A stretch of DNA of 64,000 nucleotides, taken from positions 1,568,001-1,632,000 of the forward strand of contig OY970320.1 in assembly GCA_963716745.1 (NCBI GenBank). The letters are read 5' to 3'. Below are positions 34,449-45,271 of the stretch, piece after piece. A model generated the notes under the pieces. It was not told the origin of the DNA. It made no database searches and saw nothing but the letters and a program-made list of their open reading frames with translations. A program made the position numbers and the translations under genes. Positions within the stretch are counted from its first letter, which is position 1, and the number at the start of each line of letters is the position of its first letter. The DNA comes from an uncultured Gemmatimonadaceae bacterium (GTDB lineage: Bacteria > Gemmatimonadota > Gemmatimonadetes > Gemmatimonadales > Gemmatimonadaceae).

Positions 34449-37400
34449 GTGCTGTCACAACTCCGCCGCTTCCTGCCTGCCGTGATCATCCTCGTTTCCG
34501 CCTGCAAATCGGGCGGCGACGCGGCGCCCACGGGTGCGCTCACGATCACGGTGTCTGGACTGCCGAGCGGTCCCGCGGCGATCATGGTCACCGGCCCGAA
34601 CAGCTTCAGCCAGGCGGTGACGGCCACCACGACGCTCAACAATCTGCCGGCCGGCACGTACACGGTGACGGCGAGCAATGTGGTGACCTCCACATCGACC
34701 TACGCGCCCACTCCATCCGTCACCGGCGTCTCGGTAACGACTACGACGCTAACGGCGGCGGTGAACTACTCCCTCATCACGGGAAGCCTCGCGCTCACGA
34801 TCTCGGGATTGCCGGGCGGCGTGAATGCCAATGTCACCGTCACCGGCCCCGGTGGTTTCAGTCAGTCGGCGACCGTGTCGAAGACCTGGTCGAATCTCAC
34901 GCCCGGCTCATATGTGGTTGCGGCGGCCGTCGTGACGAATGGGCCCAATACATATGGCGGCGCGCCCGCGAGCCAGACGATCGCGGTGGTCGCGTCGCTC
35001 ACCGCATCTTCCGCGAGCGAAGTCTACTCGCTGAGTGCGGGGCAGCTCACGGTGAACGTCAGCGGACTTCCCGCCGGGACGAACCCGATCATCTCCGTCA
35101 CCGGACCCCTCGCGTATTCGCACCCGGTCACCGCGAACGGCGCGACGGTGCTCACCGGCCTCGCGCTGGGCACGTATACCATCACGGCGTCGAACGTGAG
35201 CAGTGGCACCGCGAGCTATGGACCATCAACGGCGGTGCAGACGGTTACGCTCACGTCCGGATCGCCGACCGGAAGCGCGAACGTCGCGTACGTCATCAAG
35301 ACCGGCAGTCTCGCGCTCACCGTTACCGGCCTTCCTGGCGGCGTGAACGCGAGCGTGCTCGTGACTGGGCCGAGCTCGTTCAGCCAGACCGCGACGGCGA
35401 CGCAAACGTTCAACAATTTGGTGCCGGGCACCTATACCCTCACGGCGAACACCGTCACCTCGGGTTCCAGCACGTATGGAGGAGCGCCCGCATCACAGAC
35501 GGTGACCGTGACGGCGTCCGTCACCGCGGCAACGGCGAGCGTGGCCTACTCGATCATGACGGGTCAGATCACGGTGACCATCGCCGGGCTCCCGGGTGGA
35601 CTCAATCCGAGTGTCGTCGTCACCGGTCCGTTCTCGTACAGCCATTCGATCACCGTGAGCGGTGCGACGGTGCTGTCACGCCCTCCCGCTCGGCACCTAC
35701 ACCGTGACCGCGAGCGCGGTGAGCAACGCGACGGCAACCTACAAGCCGACTGCGGCGTCACAGACGGTGACCCTGAGCGCGGGCGCGCTGATCGGCGCCA
35801 AGACCGTCACCTATGCGATCAGCACGGGCTCGCTCACGGTGACGATATCCGGCCTGCCCGGCGGCGTGAACGACTCGGTGCGCGTGACAGGTCCCGGCGC
35901 TTTCTCGCAATACCTTACCGCGAGCACGACGCTGAACAAGCTCGCGCCGGGCAAATACACCGTGTTCGCCTTCAGCGTCCAGCACATCGGGACCTGGTAT
36001 GCCGCGACTCCCGGCAGCCAGCTCGCGACCGTGACCGCCAGCGTGACGCCCGTCGTCGCCACGGTGACGTACACCGTCGCCGCGCTGAATCTCACGATCG
36101 ACGGGATTGTACATCACGCAATCCACGCAGAGCTACAACGATACCGTGCCCCTCGTCGCGAATCGTGACGGCTATCTGCGCGTGTTCGCGAAGGCGAATC
36201 AATCGAACACCGCGATGCCGAAGATCCGGGTGCGCTGGTACTCGGGCGCATCGCTGATTCACACGGATACGATCGCCGCGCCGCGCCCGTACGTGCCGAC
36301 GCTCGAGAGCGAGGATTCGCTGAATCAATCGTGGAATGTCCCCGTACCCAAGGGGATGATCCAGCCGAATCTCAAGGTGCTCGCGGACATCGATCCGGCG
36401 AATCTCATCGCCGAGACGAACGAGGCCGACAACTCGTTCCCCGTGAGCGGAACGCCGCTCGCGCTGAACGTGAAGACGGTGCCGATCTTCCACGAGGTAC
36501 TCATCCCGGTGAAGACGAGCCACGATGGGCTCACGGGCAACGTCACCACGGCCAGCGAGAGCACGTACACCGGGTTCGTGCAGCAGGTGCACCCGATCAG
36601 CACGTACACCGTGAAGGTGCACTCGGTGTTCACCATCGCGGACACCAGCGTCGTTCTGCAGTCGAGCGGCAATCGGATGGAGCGATGTGCTTTGCGCGAT
36701 CTCTGCGCTGCACGGTCTCGAGGATACGACGCCGCTCATCGATTCCAGCCACTACTACGGCGTGGTGCATACCGAATTACGGCTGCGGCGTGATCGGACT
36801 CGGCTTCGAACCCGGCATGGAGGCGATCGGCTGGGATGCATCGCAGAAGGATCAGACGCTCGCGCACGAGACGGGCCACAACTGGAGCCTGGCGCACGCG
36901 CCGGGCTGCGGCTCCGATGGGACCAGCCCTCCATACCCGGTTGCAACAGGGAATCTCGACGCCTATGGCTTCGATGCTGCGGCGGTGAAGATCTACTGCG
37001 CCGGCCAGCTACTTCGACCTGATGAGCTATTGCCGGCCGTATTGGATCAGCAACTATCACTATCAGCAGGTCATGAACTTCCGGTGCGACGCAACCGGAG
37101 ATCCTCGGCGCCGAGTCGTCCGCGGTCGGAGCGCGTGCTGCTCGTATGGGGTCGCATCCGAACGGGCAATTGGTGCTCGAGCCCGCGTTCGAGGTCAATG
37201 CCATGGCCAAGTTGCCGGAGGGACACGGTCCGTTCACACTGGAGGCGCTGGACGAGAACGGTGCGCCGCTCTATACGCGTGCGTTCGAGGGCAGGAAGGT
37301 GGCGGACGACCCACAGAATTCCTCGGGCTTCATGTTCAAGATCCCACTGCGCGAACTGAACGCAGCGCGAATGTCGGCGCTGCGCGTCCGCGGACAGGGC

Positions 37401-37670
37401 ATGGTAGCGCTTGTCGGGAACACGCCCGTCGTGGCCGCCATGCGCACGGGCACCGCCCCCGCGACCGGCCTGCTCGCGAGACTGCGCGGCGGTCTCTCGC
37501 GTGTGACATGGGATCACGCGTCGTACCCCATGGCGATCGTGCGCGACGCGCGCACCGGTGAGGTCCTGGCGTTCGCGCGACAGGGAAGCGTGGATGTGCC
37601 AGCGAGGGATCTGGTGGTCGTGCTCTCCAACGGTGTGCGCAGCGTCACACAACGGATAACGGCGCAATAA
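34449..37670 (+). CDS. Lipoprotein with 6 Ig-like repeats and M66-like Zn metalloprotease domain (multiple frameshifts)
   Basis: VSAC lipobox, six SGLP..VTGP units, AHETGHNWSLAH, DLMSYC. Confidence 0.75.
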
Positions 37671-37823
37671 CCACGGGCTGTTGGCTGTCGCAGGCGACCG
37701 CCGACAGCCGATCGTCCGCCGTAGGGGCCTCGCGGAGCCATCCCCGCCCTCCGGTGTACGAGTGGGGCGCGCGGAACGACTCCGGCCAGCGCATCTTTCT
37801 GGTCCCCCCGCCCCGCTGACTGC

Positions 37824-40214
37824 ATGACGCGCCCCACCGCCGCGATCGCGCTCGTACTCGCCACCACGCTGGCCGCCTGCAAAGGCGGCTCGAACGCTTT
37901 GGCCACCGCCGATCTCGTGATCACGGTCACGGGACTGCCGACTTCGCCCGCGCTGCCGGCGGCGATCACGGTCACCGGAACGGGCTATTCGCGCACGGTG
38001 ACGGCCACGACGACCCTCAGTGGTCTCACCATTGGCGGCTACACCATCACCGCGGCGAACGCGTCCACCGCGACCGCGACGTACGACGCGGCGCCGGTGT
38101 CGACGTTGATCGACCTGACGAGATCCGGCGCCTCTCTTACGGTCACGTATACGCTGGTGACCGGAGACATGGCGCTCGCGATCTCCGGACTGCCGGCCGG
38201 ACTGCACGCCAACGTGCTCGTTTCCGGACAGGGGAGCTCGCAGGTGGTGCCCGCCTCGCAGACGCTCGTGAAGCTGCTCGCGGGCGATTACACGGTCACC
38301 GGCAACACGGTCGTGAACGGCACGACTACGTACGGCGGCACACCGTTCTCGCAAGTGATCGCGGTGCCGGCGTCGCTCACCACGGTGAATGCCGCCGTCG
38401 CGTACTCGGCAATGACGGGGCAGATCCCGGTCACGGTGAGCGGCCTTCCCGGCGGAACGAACCCGAGCGTGCTCGTGACGGGACCGTTCACGTATTCGCA
38501 CGCGATCACCGCGAACGGACTCTCCACGCTCGCGGCGCTGCCGCTCGGCGTCTATACCGTGACCGCCGACTCGGTGGCCGTCGGGCCGACGTACTATTTC
38601 CCGCAGGCGGTGTCGCAGACGGCAACATTGAATGGCGGCACGCTCAGCGCGCCCATCGCCGTCATGTACGCGACGCCCGACATGTCGATCGACGGCATGT
38701 ACATCACGCAGGCGACACAAACGTATGCGGGCGGAGTGCCGCTGGTGGCGAGTCGCGACGGATTCCTGCGCGTGTTCGTGAAGTCGAACCACGCGAACAC
38801 CTGGATGCCGAGCGTTCGTGTGCGGTGGTACGCGAGTGGCGTGCTCGTACGCACCGACACCATTCCGCCGGCGGTATCGTCGGTGCCAATGACGATCACC
38901 GAGGGCGTACTGGCCAGTTCGTGGAACCTTCCCGTGCCGGGCACGCTGATCCAGCCAGGACTCTCGGTGCTCGCCAATGCGGACCCGTCGAACGCGATCG
39001 CCGAGGGGAATGAGACCAACAATCAGTTTCCGGTGAACGGAACGCCGTTGCTGCTCAATGTGCGCACGGCGGCGCCCGCGCATGTGACGCTGGTGCCGGT
39101 GACGACGTCCGACGGCCGCACGGGGGCGGTGAATTCGGGGAACTTGGAATCGTTCCTCACGTTCACGCAGAAGATCCATCCCATCCCGAGTCATGTCGGC
39201 ACGCTGCACGCGACGTATACCACGAGTGCGGGCCCGCTGCAGTCGGATGATGCGAACATGGCGTGGGAGACCATCATCGCCGAATTGGACGCGTTGCGCA
39301 CGGCGGATGGCGTGCCGGAGCAGGAGCACTACTACGGCGTGGTGGACCCGACCTACACCGGTGGCGTCGCGGGGCTTGGATATGTCGGCGGCCAGACGGC
39401 AATGGGATGGGACAACGGGATCAACGATCAGATCCTCGCGCACGAGATCGGGCACAACTGGAACCGGAATCATTCGCCGTGCGGCGGACCGAGCGGCGTG
39501 GATCCGAACTATCCGTATGTGAACGCGGAGATCGGCGTGTACGGATTAGACGTGGCGACGCAGACGCTGTACCAGCCGACGACGAACTATGACGTGATGA
39601 GCTACTGCCACCCGTACTGGGTGAGCGACTACACGTACGAGGGCGTGATGGCGTACCGGGTGGGGAGCCCCGACATCGTCGCGGAAGCCAAGGAGCCGGT
39701 GCTCATGATCTGGGGGCGGATGCGCGGGAATGACATGGTGCTCGAGCCGGCATTCGAGATCATGGCGCGGCCGAGGGTGCCAACGGGAAGCGGCGCGTAC
39801 AGTGTGGAGGCGATCGACGCGAGTGGCGGCCGATTGTTTTCGTATGCGTTCGACGGACAGGAGGTGGCCGACGAGCCCGGCGGCGGGCGTACGTTCGTGT
39901 TCGCGATCCCCGTATCGCGTTTCGACATCTCGCGGTTGGCGTCGCTGCGATTGTCGGGGCAAGGGCGGGTGGTGACCGTGAGCGCCGCGGCGCCGGCGCC
40001 CACTGGATTGATCGCGCGGTTGCGTGCGGGGCGCGCGGAGCTGCGCTGGGATCATAGGGCCTATCCAATGGCGCTCGTGCGCGACGCGGCCACCGGGCAA
40101 GTGCTCTCGTTCGCGCGTGGCGGCGTCGTGAACCTCGGCGCGCGCGCGACGAATCTCGTGGTCACCGTGTCGAACGGGGTGCGCAGCACCACCGAAGCGG
40201 TCACCGCGCAGTAG
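37824..40214 (+). CDS. Lipoprotein with 3 Ig-like repeats and M66-like Zn metalloprotease domain
   Basis: LAAC lipobox, AHEIGHNWNRNH, YDVMSYC. Confidence 0.85.
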   Translation: MTRPTAAIALVLATTLAACKGGSNALATADLVITVTGLPTSPALPAAITVTGTGYSRTVTATTTLSGLTIGGYTITAANASTATATYDAAPVSTLIDLTRSGASLTVTYTLVTGDMALAISGLPAGLHANVLVSGQGSSQVVPASQTLVKLLAGDYTVTGNTVVNGTTTYGGTPFSQVIAVPASLTTVNAAVAYSAMTGQIPVTVSGLPGGTNPSVLVTGPFTYSHAITANGLSTLAALPLGVYTVTADSVAVGPTYYFPQAVSQTATLNGGTLSAPIAVMYATPDMSIDGMYITQATQTYAGGVPLVASRDGFLRVFVKSNHANTWMPSVRVRWYASGVLVRTDTIPPAVSSVPMTITEGVLASSWNLPVPGTLIQPGLSVLANADPSNAIAEGNETNNQFPVNGTPLLLNVRTAAPAHVTLVPVTTSDGRTGAVNSGNLESFLTFTQKIHPIPSHVGTLHATYTTSAGPLQSDDANMAWETIIAELDALRTADGVPEQEHYYGVVDPTYTGGVAGLGYVGGQTAMGWDNGINDQILAHEIGHNWNRNHSPCGGPSGVDPNYPYVNAEIGVYGLDVATQTLYQPTTNYDVMSYCHPYWVSDYTYEGVMAYRVGSPDIVAEAKEPVLMIWGRMRGNDMVLEPAFEIMARPRVPTGSGAYSVEAIDASGGRLFSYAFDGQEVADEPGGGRTFVFAIPVSRFDISRLASLRLSGQGRVVTVSAAAPAPTGLIARLRAGRAELRWDHRAYPMALVRDAATGQVLSFARGGVVNLGARATNLVVTVSNGVRSTTEAVTAQ

Positions 40215-40215
40215 G

Positions 40216-42618
40216 ATGTCACGCACCCGGCTCGCGGTGGCGCTCGCGTCGTCGCTGGCATTCGGCGCGTGCAGCAGCAGCTCCGACGCCGCGTCAACGG
40301 TGGATCTGACCGTCAACGTGACGGGATTGCCGGGTGTGCCGGCGGACATCAAGGTCACGTCGCCCGATGGGTACTCGCAGGTCGTGACATCGACCGCGAC
40401 GCTCACGGGCCTGACGCCGGGCTGGTATCTGATCACGGCATGGTACGTCGCCGGCGCGAATCAGTTGTACGCGCCCACGCCAGAGAGTCTTCAGGTGGAG
40501 CTGAAGCGCCCCGCTACCACGGTGACGTTCGGATATTCTCTCGCGAGCGGGAGTTTGGCGATCGATGTTTCCGGGCTGCCGAGCGCTGTGAATGCGAACG
40601 TGGCGGTGTCCGGGCCGGGCTACTACAAGCTCGTCACTTCGTCGCAGACGATCGGCGACCTCGTGGAGGGCACGTACACCGTCACCGGGAAGACGGCGGT
40701 GAACGGTTCCACCACCTACGGCGGCACCCCGTACACGCAGACGATCGCGGTGCCGGCGTCGACTACGCCAGCGAGCGCGTCGGTGGCCTACACCGCGATG
40801 ACGGGACAGATCGCGGTGGCCGTGGGTGGATTGCCCGGCGGCGCGGATCCGAGCGTGCTGGTGACCGGACCGTTCGGCTATTCCCATTCGATCTCCGCGA
40901 GCGGCACGACGACGCTCTCATCGCTCCCGCTGGGCGCGTACAGCGTGGCGGCGGATTCGGTGGTGGCCGGCACGACGGCGTATTTCCCGAGCGCGACGAG
41001 TCGAACGGTGACGCTGAACGCGGGCACGCTGAGCTCATCGGCGCCCGTCAACTATGTCACGTCCGATCTGACCATCGATGGCCTGTACGTCACGCAGGCA
41101 GTGCAGAATTACCAAGGCCGCGTACCGATGGTCGCCGGTCGCGACGGTTTCCTACGGGTGTTCGTGAAGGCGACCCACCCGAACCATTGGACGCCGCCGG
41201 TGCGCGTGCGCTGGTACGTGGCGAACACGCTGGTGCGCACCGACACGATCGCCGCACCGGGGGCATCGGTGCCGGTGACGATCGACGAAGGCACGCTGAA
41301 CAGCTCGTGGAATCTTTTCGTGCCGGGTGCGCTGTTCCAGCCGGGCCTCCGCATCGTCGCCGATGTGGATCCGTCGAACGTCGTCGCGGAGAGCAACGAA
41401 TCGAACAACACCTTCTCGACGGACTCCGCCGGCGAATACCTCCAAGTGCACACGATCCCGCCCGCACGCGTGACGCTGGTGCCGATCCGGACGTTCAATG
41501 GGCGCGTGGGCAGCGTGAGCGCCGCGGAGATCGAGCCGTATTTGGCGTTCATGCAGAAGATCCATCCGCTGCCGGGCCATGTCGGAACGCTGCACCCGGC
41601 CGTGAGCGTGACCTCGCCTGCGCTCACGCCCGACGACGCGAACCGTTCGTGGGGGGATGTCCTGTCGGCGTTGTCGCTCGTGCGGTTGGTGGAGAGTGCC
41701 GATGCCGGAGAGAATTACTATGGCGTGGTCGATCCGCCGTACGAGGGCGGGGTCATCGGTCTTGGATACGTCGGCTATCCGGTGGCGATCGGCAGCGACC
41801 GCGGCACGCCAGAGCAAACACTGGCGCACGAACTCGGGCACAACTGGGGCCGTGAGCACTCGCCGTGCGGGAATCCGGCGGATCCCGATCCGCAGTATCC
41901 GTATCCGAGCGGGAACATCGGCGTGTACGGATACAATGTCGCCACGCATACGCTGTATCAGCCCACAATGGCGTACGACATCATGAGCTACTGCACGCCG
42001 TACTGGGTGAGCGACTACACCTACACGGGCGTCTACGATTTCCTGGCGGGTACCAGCTCGATCCCGGAAGACCGCGTCGCGTCGTCGGCGCCGGAGCAGG
42101 TGTTGATCGTGTGGGGGCACGTGCTCGGCGGCGAACTCGTGCTCGAACCTGCGTTCGAGGTCACGGCGCGCCCGTCGCTCCCGTCGGGGAGAGGCGCGTA
42201 CACTGTGCAAGCGCTCGAATGCGGGCGGCGCGACGCTCTTCTCATTCGCGTTCGACGGCAGACCAGATCGCCGACGAGCCGGGCGGCGCTCGCGGTTTCG
42301 CGTTCGCGATCCCGCTCGCACGGTTCGACATCTCGAGGCTCGCGGCGCTGGAGATTGCGCGGCGGCGCGAGTCATGCGCGCGTGAATGCGCGCGCGTTCT
42401 CGGCCACAGGGTTGATCGCTCGGCTTCGCGGGAATCGCGCCGAGGTGCGTTGGAACGGTGGCGACTGGCCAATGGCGCTCGTGCGCGACGCGCGCACGGG
42501 GCAGGTGCTGGCCATCGGGCGCGGCGGAACGGTGCAACTCGCCGCGCCGGCCACGGATCTGGTGGTCACGGTAAGCAACGGCGTGCGGAGCACCACGGAG
42601 ACCGTGCACGCGCAGTAG
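40216..42618 (+). CDS. Lipoprotein with 3 Ig-like repeats and M66-like Zn metalloprotease domain (local frameshifts ~42220-42360)
   Basis: FGAC lipobox, AHELGHNWGREH, YDIMSYC. Confidence 0.85.
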   Translation: MSRTRLAVALASSLAFGACSSSSDAASTVDLTVNVTGLPGVPADIKVTSPDGYSQVVTSTATLTGLTPGWYLITAWYVAGANQLYAPTPESLQVELKRPATTVTFGYSLASGSLAIDVSGLPSAVNANVAVSGPGYYKLVTSSQTIGDLVEGTYTVTGKTAVNGSTTYGGTPYTQTIAVPASTTPASASVAYTAMTGQIAVAVGGLPGGADPSVLVTGPFGYSHSISASGTTTLSSLPLGAYSVAADSVVAGTTAYFPSATSRTVTLNAGTLSSSAPVNYVTSDLTIDGLYVTQAVQNYQGRVPMVAGRDGFLRVFVKATHPNHWTPPVRVRWYVANTLVRTDTIAAPGASVPVTIDEGTLNSSWNLFVPGALFQPGLRIVADVDPSNVVAESNESNNTFSTDSAGEYLQVHTIPPARVTLVPIRTFNGRVGSVSAAEIEPYLAFMQKIHPLPGHVGTLHPAVSVTSPALTPDDANRSWGDVLSALSLVRLVESADAGENYYGVVDPPYEGGVIGLGYVGYPVAIGSDRGTPEQTLAHELGHNWGREHSPCGNPADPDPQYPYPSGNIGVYGYNVATHTLYQPTMAYDIMSYCTPYWVSDYTYTGVYDFLAGTSSIPEDRVASSAPEQVLIVWGHVLGGELVLEPAFEVTARPSLPSGRGAYTVQALECGRRDALLIRVRRQTRSPTSRAALAVSRSRSRSHGSTSRGSRRWRLRGGASHARVNARAFSATGLIARLRGNRAEVRWNGGDWPMALVRDARTGQVLAIGRGGTVQLAAPATDLVVTVSNGVRSTTETVHAQ

Positions 42619-42622
42619 CCCG

Positions 42623-42654
42623 AAAACAAAAAACGCCGCGAAATATTCGCGGCG
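42623..42654 (-). terminator. Intrinsic terminator of the tRNA-Ala transcript
   Basis: cgccgcgaa/ttcgcggcg hairpin followed on minus strand by TTTTTTGTTTT. Confidence 0.75.
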
Positions 42655-42673
42655 CCTCACCTACTGTGCTGCC

Positions 42674-42807
42674 CCAGAAGTTGCCACGCACGCCGTCATT
42701 GGAACTCTGCGTCCTACCGATCGGCGGCGGGCATCAATTCTGGTTGCGGGGCTGCGGCACGTCACTCATTGGAACTCTACGTCCTACCGTGCAACGGCGC
42801 ATCCCGC
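42674..42807 (-). ncRNA. Two tandem structured modules in tRNA-Ala trailer
   Basis: 24-nt core repeated at 42696-719 and 42766-789 (1 mismatch), each enclosed by a different closing stem. Confidence 0.5.
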
Positions 42808-42821
42808 GTATTCGGCTGCTA

Positions 42822-42894
42822 TGGAGCTGAGGGGGCTCGAACCCCTGACCTCTGCAATGCGAATGCAGCGCTCTCCCAGCTGAGCTACAGCCCC
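42822..42894 (-). tRNA. tRNA-Ala(CGC)
   Basis: GGGGCTG/CAGCTCC-A acceptor with G3-U70, anticodon arm CTGCA-TTCGCAT-TGCAG, GGTTCGAG. Confidence 0.96.
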
Positions 42895-42941
42895 TTCTAT
42901 TGAAAAGGCCCCGCAGTGCGGGGCCCCCGTCTTGCTCCACA

Positions 42942-42970
42942 AAGATAGCGGAGCGATGAGGGGGAGTCAA
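42942..42970 (-). promoter_or_regulatory. sigma70 promoter of tRNA-Ala
   Basis: TTGACT-17nt-TATCTT on minus strand. Confidence 0.6.
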
Positions 42971-43066
42971 GCTGTTCCGCGCTATCGAGATATAGACGCG
43001 CGTTCGCGTGGAAAGTCACGCTGGCGGGCTTGCTCTCGGCGCGATGGGAGCCCCATTCTCCGCGCC

Positions 43067-44033
43067 ATGTTCGACGATCTGCGCGCCGAAGACATCGCCG
43101 CCGCCGCGAAGCGCCTCGCGGGCGTGTGCGTGCGCACGCCGCTCCGGCGATCCGCGGAATTGTCGCGCCGCGCGGGCGGCGATGTATTCCTCAAGCTCGA
43201 GTGCGAGCAGATCACGGGGTCGTTCAAGCTGCGCGGCGCGTTCAACGCGATCGCGTCGCTCGCGCCTGACGTGCGCGCGCGCGGCGTGATCGCGAGCTCC
43301 GCCGGCAATCACGGACTGGGCGTCGCGTGGGCAGCGAAGCATCACGGCATTCCCGCCACAGTATTCGTGCCGCGCGCCGCGCCTCATGGTGAAGCGGCGC
43401 GGCATCGAAGCGCTCGGCGCCACCGTGGACGCCGAGTCGGCGGACTATGACGTGGCGATGACGCGGGCCAAAGCGCTCGCCGCTGAGCGGGATGTCATGT
43501 ACATAAACCCCTGCCTGGGCGACACGCTGATCGCGGGACAAGGGACGGTGGCGCTCGAGATCATGGAGGATCTGCCTGCGGTCGCGATGGTGGTCACGCC
43601 GGTAGGAGGAGCAGGGCTGCTCGCGGGCACGGGGAGTTGGCTGCGGCGGAGAGCGCCGCATGTGCGGATCGCGGGGGCGCAGAGCGTGAATACCGCGGCG
43701 ATGAGCCGCTCGCTCGCGGAGGGGGCGGTGACGCACATCGAGAGTGTGCCGACGTTGGCCGACGGACTCGCTGGGGATATAGACGAATTCGCGTTGGATA
43801 TTGGGCGGAAGGCGCTGGATGAACTCGCGGTGCTGGACGAGGCGGCGATCGCGCGCGCCATTGGGTGGCTCTCGCGAGAGGAAGGGTTGGTAGTAGAAGG
43901 AGCGGGGGCGGTGGGTGTTGCGGCGGTGCTCGAGGGGGCGCTGGGGCTCAAGTTCCCGGCGGTGGTCATCGTGTCGGGGCGGAATATCGACCCCGAAAAA
44001 CATGCGGCGGCAGTTGGTTCAAGAACGGCGTGA
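43067..44033 (+). CDS. Threonine/serine dehydratase (PLP), frameshift near 43383
   Basis: KLECEQITGSFKLRGA, SAGNHG, AGQGT, PVGGAGL, SGRNID. Confidence 0.88.
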
Positions 44034-44327
44034 GTACCGAGTCGTGCGTGTTCGACCACAGAGGGCGTGAGTACCGAGTCGTGCGTGTTGGACCACAGAC
44101 GGCGTGAGTACCGAGTCGTGCGTGTTGGACCACAGAGGGCGTGAGTACCTAGTCGTGCGTGTTGGACCACAGACAGCGTGAGTACCGAGTCGTGCGTCGG
44201 CGTTTTTGGGCGCACTCACGACTAACGGCGGTCGGGTTGCGACTCACGCAGTGCGTGGTCGAACACGCACGACTCGGTACTCACGCACCCTGTGGTCGAA
44301 CACGCACGACTCGGTACTCACGCCGTT
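44024..44327. repeat. 37-bp tandem and inverted repeat element (MITE/REP-like)
   Basis: Four full plus one partial direct unit (44027-44197), two inverted units (44255-44327); perfect 37-bp terminal inverted repeats. Confidence 0.92.
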
Positions 44328-44347
44328 ATTACTGAGTATCTTAGGTC

Positions 44348-45271
44348 GTGTCGTTAACCCTGAAATTCCTCGGTACGTCCGCCGCTCGCCCCACCGTCGA
44401 GCGGAATGTCTCCTCTCTCGCCCTCACCCGCGAGGGAGAAACGCTGCTGTTCGATTGCGGCGAAGGCACGCAGCGGCAGATGATGAAATACGGCATCACC
44501 TTCGCGCTCGATGAGATCTTCTTCACGCATTTCCATGGCGATCACATCATCGGCGTCGTGGGCCTCTGCCGCACGCTCGCGCTGCAGGGGCGCACGGAAC
44601 CGATGCGCTTCTACGGCCCTAAGGGCGCGAAGAAGATCCTCTTCGACGCGGTGCGATTCGGCGCGGAGCGCACGCCCTTCCCCGTGGAGATCACGGAGCT
44701 CGAACCGTCGCAATCGGTCAAGAAGAACGGCTATGCGATCGTCGCCTTCCCCGCCGAGCATGCGGGCGCGGCTTCACTCGGGTACGCGATGATCGAAGAG
44801 GCGAGGAAGGGTGAGTTCCACCCCGACATCGCGCGCGAGATGAACATTCCCGAGGGCCCGCTCTGGGGGAAGATCCACAAGGGCGAGACGATCACGCTCG
44901 AGGACGGCCGGCGCATCGAGCCGTCTGCTCTCGTGGGTCCGCCGCGCTCCGGCCGACGCGTGGTGATCACCGGCGACACGCGCCCGTGCGACGCCACGGT
45001 GGAGATCGCGCGCGGAGCCGACGTGCTCGTGCACGAGGCGACCTTCGGCGACGAGGAGGCCGAGCGCGCCGCCGAGACGGGTCACACCACCGCGCGCGAA
45101 GCCGGCGAGATCGCGAAGCGCGCCGGCGTGCGCCAGCTCGTGCTCACGCATCTCTCGGCGCGCTATTCGAACGACGCGCAAACTCTATTGAACGAAGCGC
45201 GCGGTGCGTTCGAGAATGTCGTGGTCGCGCGCGACGGGCTGGAGATCGACGTCCCTTTCGCCGCGAGCTAG
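44348..45271 (+). CDS. rnz: Ribonuclease Z
   Basis: FLGTS, DCGEGTQRQ, THFHGDH, GP exosite, GDTRP, HEATF, THLSARY. Confidence 0.95.
   Translation: MSLTLKFLGTSAARPTVERNVSSLALTREGETLLFDCGEGTQRQMMKYGITFALDEIFFTHFHGDHIIGVVGLCRTLALQGRTEPMRFYGPKGAKKILFDAVRFGAERTPFPVEITELEPSQSVKKNGYAIVAFPAEHAGAASLGYAMIEEARKGEFHPDIAREMNIPEGPLWGKIHKGETITLEDGRRIEPSALVGPPRSGRRVVITGDTRPCDATVEIARGADVLVHEATFGDEEAERAAETGHTTAREAGEIAKRAGVRQLVLTHLSARYSNDAQTLLNEARGAFENVVVARDGLEIDVPFAAS

Noticed and set aside
34449..37670. First metalloprotease as a true pseudogene
   Set aside because: All catalytic motifs are retained and indels affect many genes in the window; cannot be fully excluded without reads
42696..42789. Mini-CRISPR or HDV-like (theta) ribozyme after tRNA-Ala
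   Set aside because: Only two repeats and no cas genes; I could not build the HDV nested double pseudoknot by eye, so it is left as an unassigned motif
44024..44327. CRISPR array (37-bp repeats)
   Set aside because: Units abut with no unique spacers, include inverted copies, and no cas genes are present
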